Of a stretch of 64,000 nucleotides of DNA, positions 38,001 through 50,565 are shown piece after piece (position 1 is the stretch's first letter; every line of letters begins with the position of its first letter). Both the position numbers and the translations under genes were made by a program. Location of the stretch: positions 370,838 to 434,837 of the forward strand of contig NMRA01000042.1 in NCBI GenBank assembly GCA_002633005.1. Direction: 5' to 3'. Below the pieces are notes generated by a model. That model saw only the letters and a program-made list of their open reading frames with translations. It did no database searches and was not told where the DNA came from. This stretch comes from Phoronis australis (taxonomy: Eukaryota; Animalia; Phoronida).

Positions 38001-41000
38001 AATCATTTCTACGGTTGCAAGAAGTACTGGCTGTTCGTTATTGCTTCAAACCAGCAAGTTCGTGAAGTATGCTTGGTTTGTCACCGAGGCTCTTCATCCT
38101 ACCGGATCACTAAGTCTGCTTAGGTAATTTCATCATGTCTAAAATCTCTTGGCCCATTTACACCAGCCTCTAGCCTATTTACAATGGCACAAAGCCTTTC
38201 GATCGGTCATTTCTCCAGTCAAGTTCAAGTTTAACAGCGCTCTTAGAAGAACGAGCACGGAGATTTTAATTTTCCTGGAAGACGGTGAGTTTGATCCTGG
38301 AAACCTTTCAGCACTCTTACCACAGGACCATTGAGTTATCCATTAATTTCGTGGTAAATGAACTATACTTATATCTTCTTCATTGTCAAACTTAGGAGTG
38401 GACGCCGGGTGTCGCTTGGATGCCTGCTATGCTGGCTGTAGACATAGCCTTGTATCTTCATGTGCATAGCTTCCTTGGCTTTTCATTTAGTCCAGCCTGT
38501 TCTAAGCACGCTGTAGCACACGAAGACATCCAAAGAAATGACTGACCGTATCTTCGTGCCAATGTAAATAGGCTAGAGGTTGTTGTACATAGACCGTGAT
38601 ATTTTAGACATGACGCTACTTCATCACAACTCCAGAGTGCATTTCAGGAAGTCAAGGAAACTCGTCCAGGTATTTCATAGCAAAGCAAGTTACATTCCGG
38701 CAAAGGATAAGAACCCGATGACGTTGTTCTGGGCAATCAAAAGCATTAGTTAAGAAAGTCGTTTTTAACACCATGTTGTTTCGGAAGTGCAAGCTATGGT
38801 GGAACTATAATGGCTGCGGTGCGTAGACCCAAGACATTGGCTATGCACTTGCAGCGAAAAATGGAACGGAAACGGTGAATTCTATATATAATTAATTAAT
38901 CTCATCGCACCATTCAACATTCCGTTTTGCGTGGTCTTGCGTGATCTCGTTTTACTTGCCAAAAGCTCGTTCTAGAGAACGCTTCCCAGTAGAAAGCCCG
39001 TTCAACAAATCAATCGCAAATTGTGAAACGAAAGCAAAGAAAACTTACTGTAAAGTGGGTCCTGCGAAACACAGGCTTGACTGACTTACCAGATAAATCT
39101 ATCCTCCTGAGAAAAATGTTGTCTTTTAACGTTTCTGTCAGTGCTTGCAACCCTAATGAACCCAAGATATTTTCAGAAAGATTCTGAAATAAAATGGTTA
39201 ATTTATTTAATCTTAAACTTATGACCAATGATACAAAACTTTTTGGTTAGAAAAACAATTTACGAATTAATAACTTCCAGAATTTTCTACCAAATTTTTT
39301 TCGAATGGGATAATATAAACATCCCACAATTAAGTTTGTTGTTAAATTCAATATTTGTTTTCAGCTTATGTGTATTTTTAATTAGTAGTTATCATAAAAA
39401 TGAAGTGTTTTTCAAAATGGCAAAACCAGGTTGGTTCACGTTTGAGTTTCTCAAAACGTTATCATTCATCTTGGCCATGTCATCGCCACGCTTTTTCTGT
39501 TGCCACTTCTGCATGATCCTCAGAGTCATGACCTGATCGCCAAAAGAAATAGATAACTTCAACTGTCAAGACACGCTGTGAAAGTTTATGTGTCAAACCA
39601 TAGAGGGTGTTAGATATCAAACCATTCTTTACCAAGTCTGTTAAGTAGACGTTTTCTTGCAACATTCTGGCCATAAAGTGAGCGCCTTGGTCCTCCATCC
39701 CATTGTCTTCTAAGTCAAGTTTAGACATGGAGGATGTAATCTAAAGACAAAGTAAACACAATAAATAAGCAACATCTGTCCTGTTAAAGGGACGTTGTAG
39801 GTTTTACTGTTTTAATTATTGTTAGCGGGATAGATTTTTTGAAGTTATTAGCTTTCGTCAAAGTGTTATACAACACAATCCGTTGTGCATTCGATTTATC
39901 GCAAATCACCAATTCTCGCCGTTGTCTGCATAAGATTCGCGACTTTCCATTTGAATACCACTAAAATGCTCAGGCCATTTATTGAGTGGTACTTAGCTCG
40001 GCCAATAGAGCGTTAGGCTGCGACTGCGAAGGGTTATAGGTTCGATTTCGCTCTCACACTCTGATCTCATAAAATCACCATTCTTTCCATTTATGTCCCT
40101 CAATCTGTACTTTCTAGACCTATGCCAGCAATTTTAAAAAGTCAACCTGTTGCTTAGGCAACAAACTTGAAGTTTATGTGTTGGAGCCGCTAGATAAGCC
40201 TGTAATTGAGTTGAACTCTCAAAACAGAAGAATTGTAAGATAATGAATGCATACATAATCAATGCATGTGCGTCACTTTTACATAACATGCAAATCATTA
40301 CTTAGCTGACGAAACTGGCAGACATTTTGTTGCTTGCTTGGCCCACGTGCGCATTTTTGTACTAATAGCTATCTAAGACGAGTGTCATTTCGTACCTGTC
40401 CGTTCAATATAATGAGTTGTACACATGAACAGTATTGGGCCAATCCCAGTGTCAGCAAACTTATTAGTCCAATGAAAAATCCCAACACGGATGTTATTAA
40501 TTTTTGTCATATTATGCTTTTTGCAAATTATCACAAATGCATAAGGAATGATTGTCAATGTGTATCTCTGTCGTATTATTATTTTGATAGAAACTGTACT
40601 TTGGGCACATGGCCTTGAATACCTGAAATTAAAATAAACATACTCATGCTATCAATTGTTCGCGCACGGTCTTCGCGACAGATCTACGTCCAAGTGGGAG
40701 GCATAATCTCACAGCCGGGACTTTTTCTCTGGAATCAATTTAAAAACTCCGAGTGTCTGTGAAATAACGCCTTCATTGTCCACAACGCAAAGAAACATCC
40801 AGAGCATGTTTAATACTGATATGTTTGATTTTCACCGCAAGCTGGGGGTAATGATTCAAACACGAACAATGGACAAGTGAACAGCTACAGAAAAAAAAAT
40901 AACTGCGTGGCATTTTCGAGTATTCGAGAGAAACTAAGAATTAAGGCGAGACATTTCATTAGAATTTGAAAAAAACTGCTATCGTTTGTATGTTGTTTTC

Positions 41001-44000
41001 CATCAGTTCTATATCTGCTTGCTCCTTTTTGTGATTTTACACAACAATAGAACGGATTGTCACTGATTGACCCATTCAAATCTGCTTTGATTGCTGTGAG
41101 AGCTTAGTGCATCAAACATAACTTTGTTTGAAGGTTAAGCATAGCTGTGGCGATTAGTGTGAACTTTTGTGCATGAGATTGCCAGTTTAAGTTTGATAGC
41201 AATGCTCAACGTAAGGCACGGTGGCTTTCTTACTATCAAGCATTTAAGATTGATGAACCGACCTCAGTCAGTGGAGCTTCTTAAATCTTTATTTACCTCT
41301 TTATTTCCCAAGCATATTTCCAGGATTGTTTATTTCGTCATAAATGTTTTGAAAAGTGTTGTAAATATTAATCGTATTTGTAACTAGTAATCCTACCTGC
41401 AAAGGATATGACATTGCTTGCGTTCCCTTAGGGCCTAAACTGTGGTGCGCCATCTTTAGGTGTTCGTCGTCAATGTGTCGTAGGAAGTAGGACGCTGGAG
41501 TTACGCCTAATTGCGTACAAGCCTTCGCATACAATTTCTCTTTGTTGTTTCTCAAGGGAGATTTTACTGCAAGGTATGAAAAATAGTTCAAAGTCAATGA
41601 AATATATACGACAAATCAGAAAAAAATACATGAAACTTGATACTCTGGCAAAGGGATCTTGATGAGTAAATGAGAATGTGCAAGTTCGTCTTAGATAAAC
41701 AAACTCTGTCCCACAGTTGCCGCGATTTCGTCGGCTCTTCGGTCGTAGCCAATTTCGATCGTACCCAGATCGCCAGCGAGGTTTCGCCCCCAACGCTGCA
41801 AATTGAGTTCCTAGTCTGTACTCTCTATAGCCCTGAGTTGCCACCTCATTGGCGGATCCCGAAGTTTGAGTTTGTGAGGGTGAAAGTCACTATGCAAAAA
41901 GCATTTTCATGCGACACATATAGAAATTAACCGCCTACTTTCATTACCACCGACTGCATTTATTTGAATACTACTTTCATCTCCACCATGAAAGCATATA
42001 TTCAAAAAATGATTGACGAGCACAGTCAAAGCGTATCATGTTGCGCATGGTAAACAATAATCCCCGGACTTTTGTAGTCACGTAATAGTTTTTTTTTAAA
42101 TCCCTGGGCGACTGTCGCAACCTTTGATAACATGGGCCCAAGGTCTAGTCTTCGAACCCAAACTCGTAATATTTTCTGTTCTACTTGAGAACGTACTTGA
42201 GAACAGCGCCAATTTTTCTGTGCTAGAAAATATGATGGTTTAAGTGAATGGATGTCTAATCTCAGTTCGCACTTGATGACCCCAGCATGAAAGCTATAAG
42301 TCCGAGTGTGAACAGGAAGTTTCAAGTTTGAACTCGTGTTGATCGTCAGAGATCGTCGATACCTTATTAGTTTTCATTGGTGAGCTATGCTGTTATTTTC
42401 CCAGCGTATTTTATTTATGTTTTATTTTATCTAAGTGTTGTAAAAAGATCTCTGCTGATATCTCGGATCTAAGGATCGCCAAGTGCGAACTTGGAATAGA
42501 AAATGCGATGATTAGGAGTTTGAATAGCTGAAGAAAAACATTAATGGAACCACATGTAGCCTTAAGTGTTTCACGTTCAGAATTAAATTACTGATGGACT
42601 GAAATTGTCGACGTCTAGTGCTTGCTTAGAACATCTTTTTGTGTTGTTATTTCCAGTGCCGGTTTATCATTTTTAAAAGCTAAACCAACTACATCACAAA
42701 TTATGAACCCCGCCTCGCAGGTACAGAGGTCACTTGAAAGCTGTGTCGGTTGGGGATTCAAATTGCAGAGACCAGGGGATGGGATCAGATTACTAGAGCT
42801 TCCGAACTGTTTATAGATTAGGGGCCTGAGAGGGCATAATCCGACACTGGTTCATTTGACATACATTTCTGAAATGCAGATCGTCAATAAATGAAGAATT
42901 CTTAGCTTCGACTCCTTTAGAGATTGTCCATGATTACCGACATTTTTAAAACGTGTGCTTCTAAAATGTTGATTTCCGCGTCTCTCCTTCTCATTCTACT
43001 CATCGTCGGACATTTCATATGACATCGGCCGTTTTCCTCTCTCCAATGTCCGTTTTGTACACTTGAATATGTCGATAATTGTTGATGACGCTTTGGTCGT
43101 CTCATTTTGAGAAAAAAATGACGCAAATTTCAACTATTGATCGTTTGCAAGAAAGTGACGTTGTCATTAGTTAATCCAGGGCCCGGTCTCTAATCTTTGT
43201 ACTCGAAACGATCTCGAAACTATTTGTGGCAATTTCTCTGCTCCTTTTGTGCGAACTTAAGATAATTGGTTATCAGACTGTGCTCGAATACATTATAGTT
43301 TATGCATAGGAGTTTCTAGTTCAATTTTGCCCTTGAAGACCCTTATATTCGTGCTACAAACTCGAGTAAAAACTCGAAATTTCGAGTTCAAACTCGAACT
43401 TATTGCTTTAATATTGGGTTTACAAACTGTGAACTAGGGGCAATAAATTATCTACTTAAGTTATTGTGTACTCAACCATAGAATAATAGACACTTATCTT
43501 GAGTTCGCCCAAAAGTAGAGTAGAAAATGCCAAACCTAATTTCGAGTAAAAAGATTGGAGACCGGGCCCAGGGCAATGTCCATGGGAAACATGTGCTCTC
43601 GTACATAGATTGTTAAAAACTGCAGATTTTCTGCAATTTTGGGACCAGGCCAAGCGGAACGGAAACCTTCCGCCGCAAAAAAATGCACAATATAAATAAC
43701 GATGGTTGTGTCCTGTTCGACCACAAAATCTTGCAAAACAATAACGATATCTTTCCCAGGTCGTGCCCTGCGGAAACTGTTGTAACACTTTGTGACGAAC
43801 GTAGGAATACAAACTGTCGTGATTTTCGTTGCGGCAATCTGTGGTTTGTGTTGTTGCATGAATTGTCGCAATCACGAATTTCAACGTAACCGTTTCTGCA
43901 AACCTCCGAAGCTCGAATTGTCACAAAAGGCAACTGGGTGAAGTTAAAGTTTTTACAACACTTCGGAGTGTTGGGGATGGATGGTTCAGTGAAAGGCTGA

Positions 44001-45508
44001 CGACCAGGGGTTGGGAATGACCGGAGAGACTGACAAGGCTGCTTTTCGTGGACATTGAAAAAATGGTACCAAAGGCAACTTGACTTTATTAGTTAAAGAG
44101 GTTTATTGTGACTAAAGTCAAGAGTTTCAAGGTTGACAGACGTCACAACGTTTGAGGAAACTGCGATATTTGCCGTTACGAGTATATAAAGCCAAGATGG
44201 AAGTGACAGACGGTCGAAAAACAAATGGGCATCGACACCAGAGAGCGACGTATAGAAAGTGTCGTATGTCAGCGATAATGTAAAGTTGGTATTGCATTTT
44301 ACTCATACAGCTTAACATTGCCGTCTTTGAATTATTAGCGGGACATTGCTTTCAATTACGTCATGAAAAGAATCATACATTAATTGACTTCCTACTAGAA
44401 GCGGTCGAGGTTGGGCAACTCGACCGGTTTGCGCACCTCAGAATCTGCCGGTTTAGTTCGAAGACAACATGCTGTTGTCGTTAATTAAGTCGCCTCAGGT
44501 TGTTGATGTTATCGTTATCAAGATAATTAGAGGCGACAATAGTATTTTTAAATATTCGTTTTAAAAGTTTGTTAATAGCATAATTGAATAGGTCGTGAAA
44601 AGCGCAAGTGACTGAAGATTGAAAACTGGACACGAAATGAGATTTTTACAGCCTAATTTTGCGATAATATCTTTCTCATTAATTCTCCAGGGTGTGCAAC
44701 CGTGATAATTAGACCAATTGAAACTTCCAGGCAGCAGCTGGATTTTGAGGTAAGCCAATTGTCATCGTACAATTCTTGGCATGTTGTTTAGAAGGTCTAT
44801 ACAAACGGTCGCCCAGAGTACTTTGAAGGTCCGTACAAACGGTAGCCCAGAGTACTTTGAAGGTCCGTACAAACGGTCGCCCAGAGTACTTTGAAGGTCT
44901 GTACAAACGGTGGCCCAGAGTACTTTGAAGGTCTGTACAAACGGTGGCCCAGAGTACTTTGAAGGTCTGTACAAACGGTGGCCTAAAATGCGATGCTTAT
45001 GAGCCTTAAACGCTCATTCTAGAGGTTATTTACACAAAAGAGCATCTCTGTTCAGATTATGCCACTTCACTCAGTAACCCCAACAAGATGTGAAGACTAA
45101 AGGATCAAAGCGACACCATTTGTTAACGAAACACATCATTTTGCAATTCGTAACTTCAACAAGGATTTGAAAAGCTGCTTTATCACCTTCTGGGTCCTCC
45201 TCAAGGTCGGTGTCAAAGTCCTCGCTGTCTGCACTGTCGCTTTCTAATTCAGTTATAAGGAAACCACGGCCGAATTGTCTCTCCCGACGCAGTAAGGCGA
45301 CTCGTTCTCTCAACGTCAACTCTCTCACTTGACCCTTGGGTCTGATAGCAGAGCCCCTGCTGTCACTGCGGCTCAAGGGTGTTCGCCGGAGTCGAGACTT
45401 GGCGGATTGTGACGGCAACGGAGTTTTCCTCCGTTTTCTCAACACCACTTCTTCAGGCATCTCCGCAATGGAGTTCATACCAGAATGGTATTGACTAAGA
45501 CGGCTCAT
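32069..45508 (-). CDS. LRRC74: LRRC74-like leucine-rich repeat (RI-like) protein with C-terminal EF-hand pair, 632 aa
   Basis: 12 coding exons: 45508-45187, 41566-41397, 39740-39633, 39183-39090, 37959-37910, 37559-37478, 36602-36517, 35314-35120, 33937-33845, 33653-33393, 32954-32869, 32420-32069 (1899 nt, in phase, GT-AG). Motifs: DFDTDLE; LYAKACTQLGVTPASYFLRH..LKMAHHSLGPKG; repeated LxxLDLSxN; LRLVDLFKSLDKDQSMTLTREEF and DTNRDGVVELGE EF-hand loops. Acceptor at 45518-45520 implies an upstream 5'UTR exon (candidate donor ~45849). Confidence 0.88.
34436..34685. repeat. 27-bp minisatellite (~9 copies) in an LRRC74-like intron
   Basis: tgc(c/a)ctgacagtaaatccatagctatg repeated; produces three spurious repetitive ORFs. 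Confidence 0.95.
36361..36434. repeat. 37-bp tandem duplication
   Basis: ctaaatgcacacgttcgtaacaagaca(g/t)actatatc x2. Confidence 0.85.
36926..37471. mobile_element. Kolobok-like (TTAA-AGGG) MITE, copy 1
   Basis: Starts TTAAAGGGACAATG, ends AATTGTCCACTT. Its interior (36991-37093) aligns by eye with 39840-39940. Confidence 0.55.
39784..40102. mobile_element. Kolobok-like MITE, copy 2, containing a degenerate tRNA-like segment
   Basis: Starts TTAAAGGGACGTTG, ends ATGTCCCTCAA, and is homologous to 36926-37471. 39990-40055 (tagctcggccaatagagcg...ggttcgattt) resembles tRNA A/B boxes without a clean cloverleaf. Confidence 0.5.
40149..40162. promoter_or_regulatory. RFX X-box-like palindrome in an LRRC74-like intron
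   Basis: GTTGCTTAGGCAAC, a near-perfect 14-bp X-box palindrome. Confidence 0.4.
43177..43571. mobile_element. PIF/Harbinger-like MITE, copy 1 (~390 bp)
   Basis: TIR GGCCCGGTCTC(T/C)AATCTTT(G/T)TACTCGAAA at both ends; CAG on both flanks (3-bp TSD). Highly similar to 49625-50031. Confidence 0.85.
44791..44983. repeat. 34-bp minisatellite (~5.6 copies)
   Basis: gaaggtc(t/c)gtacaaacggtNgcccagagtacttt repeated. Confidence 0.95.
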
Positions 45509-48500
45509 AGCTAAATCCTGTGAAGAAATATAAGAAGAATGATTTTAGTAGACAAGTTCATGAAGTTTTTCTAGAACATGAACGGGCGAGACAGACTAGA
45601 AATTGACTAAACAAACCTTAACGTTATGGCTTGTGGTTCATCCGCGGTTATAAAGTAGAAAAAAACGCAAAGTAATAACTAGTTTTGCTTTTCTTCGTAA
45701 TTCAGCTGTTATCGCCCCCGGCGTGGATCAATGCTTTATAGATAAACTTGAAACTTTATCTACATAAATGTAATTACTGAAGTATAAAAGATCTTTCCAT
45801 AATTAATCTTGTAAGCTCCTTCGGGCACGTAGTACTGTTGAATTATCACCTGTATCTTTCAAATGTCTGGCTCATGAAGTAATCGTGGCAGTAAAACTGA
45901 GCATACTGGCAAGCCCGAGTGGTTGACCACCTGGTGGCTGATGTAAGCACTCAGTATTGCCGCTTTCACCTGAGTAATCGTCAGTCAGTCTGAAGTATCA
46001 GATCTAGTATCAAATAACCCGGGCTTGCTCTACCGTCAATGAAAATATGAATGTGTATCTAGTCTAATAAACCTAGATTCCATGGCGCCTGCTAAAATAT
46101 CTCCTTTGGTAACAGCACATGATTGGTGACGGCAATTTCACGGATAGGAAATTTCCTACTTACTTGAAAAATTGTTATAAATCCCTGGACGGAACCTTGC
46201 AGCAATCAGGCTGTTTTCTTCTTCGCTAATTTCGTTTAAAAACCTGAAAACACTGCCCTTGCAATGTAGTCATTCCTGACCCTCGTGCACGATCTGTACT
46301 TGGATTGACTAGTTTCGCTCTGACGACAACGGCCGCAATAATCAGTCAGTGCATATGAATGCAACAGGTCACCGATAGAAGACTATTCACATCGACAAAT
46401 TCTGTTTGAACACGGCATAAAAGTCAAATCAGACGAGAGCGAGAAACTCATGAAGCCGACCAAACTCCATGATACTGAGAGACAGAAAACCAAGCTTTCG
46501 TAGAGCGGAGATTAACCACTCACAGCACCCACGATTAGACAAAATATTACAAAAAGAACTAAACAATATTAAATGGTTACAATTATCAACACGAACTTTG
46601 TTTTGATTTCTTTTGTACCTCTTACAAATGAAGTCTTCGAACAACAAAGAATGCGATACTGCACTTTGTATGTTTGTATTTGCATTTCCTTTTACATTTA
46701 TATGAGCACAATGTGCAATTTATGAACGGAATGCCTGCATGGTTACTAGGGCTTATTGAGTTCCAAGATTATTTCATAGATGCTTTTCGAGCGGAGTATC
46801 AAGAGTGTGCGTGAATGAAAACTATTTTTATACTTCAGCGGTCTAATTTATAGAATATGATATTCTGTGAACACGATCATGATTACTTGATGAGTATTGC
46901 CATTACATCGTTATCGGCATAGTTATCGTCCACGTTGGGGCCGTCTAGGTTCACAGTTTCCGAGTTCTTACTGTTCTTGAATACGGAAGTGACGTTTAAG
47001 AAAGATAAGCTGGCGAATGATGTGTCAAGTGACACGTACAGCTGTGCCTAGATCGAATCCAAACAGAATTATTCTGAAGAACAGAACTCGTGATCAAAAA
47101 TCACAATATCTTTAACGAGATAATACTGTAAATGGGGGTTTCTGAAAGAGTCTCAGGTTGGGTATTTCGGAAAAGTACCATTTTTTCGAAGTGATTCTTC
47201 GTCCAAAACAAACCAGAGCGCTTAATTTTTCCGGGAGTACCAGTGGCTCTTGCAGAAACTTATATTGCCGACTACGCAGGACCATCATCTGAAGCGCATT
47301 GTATGAGGGAGGATCAATTTGAAGGCAACTTGGCTGCATATGTGTCGTGCAAGACACGCGAACGATCCCGAAAAAACCCACGAGGGCATTTTTTATTGTT
47401 ATGACCCATGTTGACATTACACATGTTAATCTATACACGTTATAAAGTAATATCATTATATCATTTATCCTCATTATATGTAGGGATAAAACAAATCTAA
47501 ATCAAAACAACCTAATTACTTGGTTCTGGTCTGTACCCCAACTCATGTTCAAAGCTGTCTTCACTACTTAAAAATGCACGGCCGCATAAATTTTAAATTT
47601 AAGCTAAGGTATCGATTAATAAAAGCACCACAAAGGCACACATGCAAAGTTTGAGACGCCATGGGTTTCTAAGCCTGTAACCTGTAAGTGACGCGTTGAC
47701 AGCCCAGGTCAACACTGACACGGACATCGGCCATTGCTTCGCTGTAGCTCTCTGGAACTTCGGTTTTAAGTAAAATAAAACAAATGAAAAATGCAAATTT
47801 TTGTCATCTCTAATTTTTTTGTAAAAGTGGGTACTTGAAACGATATTGCATCATCAATTTTCAAAAAAAGACAGAACCATCTATGGTTTTTTGCCTAAAA
47901 TGATTGTTATTAATTTCAGATTTTGTTTTAACAATGTGGGAAAAATGTGACAATGGACGAAGACAATTCTTTGGATTTAACATTACTGAATTGTGCTCGC
48001 TCCCTTAGTCCCGGCCCTTGCTAGCAGGTCTAGTTAGTTGCACACACAAGACGAAAGGTCGATTGTTTAAGTGAAAACGCAAAATTTGCTGTTCCATTGA
48101 GGGTCTATCAGAAATAGTTCTTTTGTGATTTTATTGAAAAAATTCAGAAGTTGCATAAAATGAACAAGAAATGATACGGATTTAGAAAACTGAAATGTCG
48201 TTTTTTAGACTTCGCCTTGAACAGTTATATCCAACGTTTTACTGTAAATGTACCTTCCTTTTTTGCTAAATTATACTAAAACATGAAGAAATTGTCACGT
48301 GACTCTGAACTACTGGAAGATTGGTATGTAGCCAAAACGCAAAGTCTACATATATTCTGCTTTCTAAACTCACTCTCATTCTAACTGTAACTCTAAATTC
48401 CAATTTTGTTTCGATGATTACATTTTGACTAGTCATGAACTTGTCGTGGAAGCAGCTACCCCGTTTTGCTCGTTTGACGTCAGAATTTTCATTATGAAGG

Positions 48501-49624
48501 AAACTATGGCATCAATTGATCATATCTTTCAATTTGGATTTATAGCTCTATTAATCCCCAGAAATGTGATGATCATAGGGCAAAATGAAAATTTATTAAT
48601 TACAAAACGACTCATAACCAATAAAGATGACTAACAATATCTACTAGGACATGGGCATGCCTGACACCTTTGTCATTCCATTGTTTCATATATTGACTTA
48701 CTATCAATTTTACTCCACAATCGTTGATTCAGAGGTAAATACCAATTTGAGAAGATCAATAACTTAAAAAAATCGACGAAGAATTCCTTGCGAATTCATT
48801 GTTAATGTTAGAAGCAAGTACTGTATACCCATGTAGGCATTTGTCAAAACAAGATGTAAATAAACAGGAACCTTGGCCAGGCCTTCAAAAAGAGCAAGTT
48901 TTTTTGATATGCACCCGTTTCATTTCGACAGCTGTGCCCCACTGTTTAAAGAAAAATTTCCCGCCCGCATCACTTGAATAAAGATAGTCTTTGAAAAAAA
49001 GTATTATCTAGGATATAGGCGGCATTGGCCAAAAAAGCGCATTAGCCGGATTTTCATTTATTTAAACTGAACGAAGGTGGCGTCAAGTTTGCTAGAAGTG
49101 GCGAATGGATATTGTTATGAAAGACGGGCTTATAGCCAAAGATATTATAATTACACAGTATCTTTAGTGTAAAAGTCGAATATATACCAGCCTAAATTCC
49201 GTCAAAAACAACCTAGATTGGAAATTAACAAAACATTTTCCTTAGTGAAAATAGGTGTGATTACAAAATGGGTTCGGAAAGAATTGACATTGCTTAAGAC
49301 TTTAAGTTGGGTTGTCACGGCGTGTCAGTTTATTCGCAAGACAATTAAAATTGCTTCTCAACGAAACACTAAGTTGAGACCTATTTCATACCGACACTGT
49401 AAGTGGTCGCGTCAGTTTCTCATCCGGCGGAACGCCGGCGGGTGGCGCAGCACTGAAATAAGTGGGGGGAGGGCTGTAGCTCCCCCCATCTATATGGTGC
49501 GCGGTCCATTTAAAACACTAACATCCATTAATTCGGCCTAATTTTTGCAAAGGTACGGCAAAAGATGTCGTTGCATCAGACGAAAACAACTTTCTAAGGT
49601 TGAGGCTGCAAAAGTTATCTAATC

Positions 49625-50031
49625 CAGGGCCCGGTCTCTAATCTTTGTACTCGAAACGAACTCGAAACTATTTTTGGCAATTTCTCTGCTCCTTTTGTGC
49701 AAACTTAAGATAATTGGTTCTCATACTGTGCTCGAATACATTATAGTTTATGCATAGGAGTTTCTAGTTCAAGTTTGCCCTTGAAGACCCTTATATTCGT
49801 GCTACAATCTGGAGTAAAAACTCAAAATTTCGAGTTCAAACTCGAACTTATTGCTTTAATATTGGGTTTACAAACTGTGAACTAAGGGCAATAAATTATC
49901 TACGTAAGTTATTGTGTACTTGAGCATAGAATAATAGACACTTGTCTTGAGTTCGCCCAAAAGTAGAGTAGAAAATGCCAAACCTAATTTCGAGTTCCAT
50001 TTCGAGTAAAAAGATTGGAGACCGGGCCCTG
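49625..50031. mobile_element. PIF/Harbinger-like MITE, copy 2
   Basis: Same TIRs and interior as 43177-43571, with scattered substitutions and a short duplication (ttcgagttccat) near the right end. Confidence 0.85.
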
Positions 50032-50123
50032 GTGACACGCACGCCCTCGCTTACTCGCAGACGAACATCAAAACAAACGTCACGTGACAACAACATGTGT
50101 GTTCGTCCAGACATTTTTCTCGC

Positions 50124-50565
50124 NNNNNNNNNNNNNNNNNNNNNNNNNNNNNNNNNNNNNNNNNNNNNNNNNNNNNNNNNNNNNNNNNNNNNNNNNNNNN
50201 NNNNNNNNNNNNNNNNNNNNNNNNNNNNNNNNNNNNNNNNNNNNNNNNNNNNNNNNNNNNNNNNNNNNNNNNNNNNNNNNNNNNNNNNNNNNNNNNNNNN
50301 NNNNNNNNNNNNNNNNNNNNNNNNNNNNNNNNNNNNNNNNNNNNNNNNNNNNNNNNNNNNNNNNNNNNNNNNNNNNNNNNNNNNNNNNNNNNNNNNNNNN
50401 NNNNNNNNNNNNNNNNNNNNNNNNNNNNNNNNNNNNNNNNNNNNNNNNNNNNNNNNNNNNNNNNNNNNNNNNNNNNNNNNNNNNNNNNNNNNNNNNNNNN
50501 NNNNNNNNNNNNNNNNNNNNNNNNNNNNNNNNNNNNNNNNNNNNNNNNNNNNNNNNNNNNNNNNN
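50124..50565. other. Assembly gap (N run) followed by (GA)n
   Basis: 442 Ns. Confidence 0.99.

Noticed and set aside
39990-40055. tRNA gene
   Set aside because: A/B-box-like motifs are present, but acceptor and anticodon stems do not pair; treated as a repeat-derived fragment.
42917-43933. Overlapping ORFs on either side of the MITE, considered as an interrupted gene or extra LRRC74 exon
   Set aside because: Removing the MITE in silico gives stops within a few codons in the minus-strand frames; no recognisable domain; the flanking LRRC74 exons already join in phase.
44709-44983. 34-bp repeats of CRISPR-repeat length and two ORFs
   Set aside because: Contiguous tandem units without spacers; the ORFs are by-products.
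48283-48330. VTLNYWKIG as candidate GST exon 1
   Set aside because: In-frame TGA upstream, no in-frame ATG, and the gtatgt donor is in phase 1 rather than the required phase 0.
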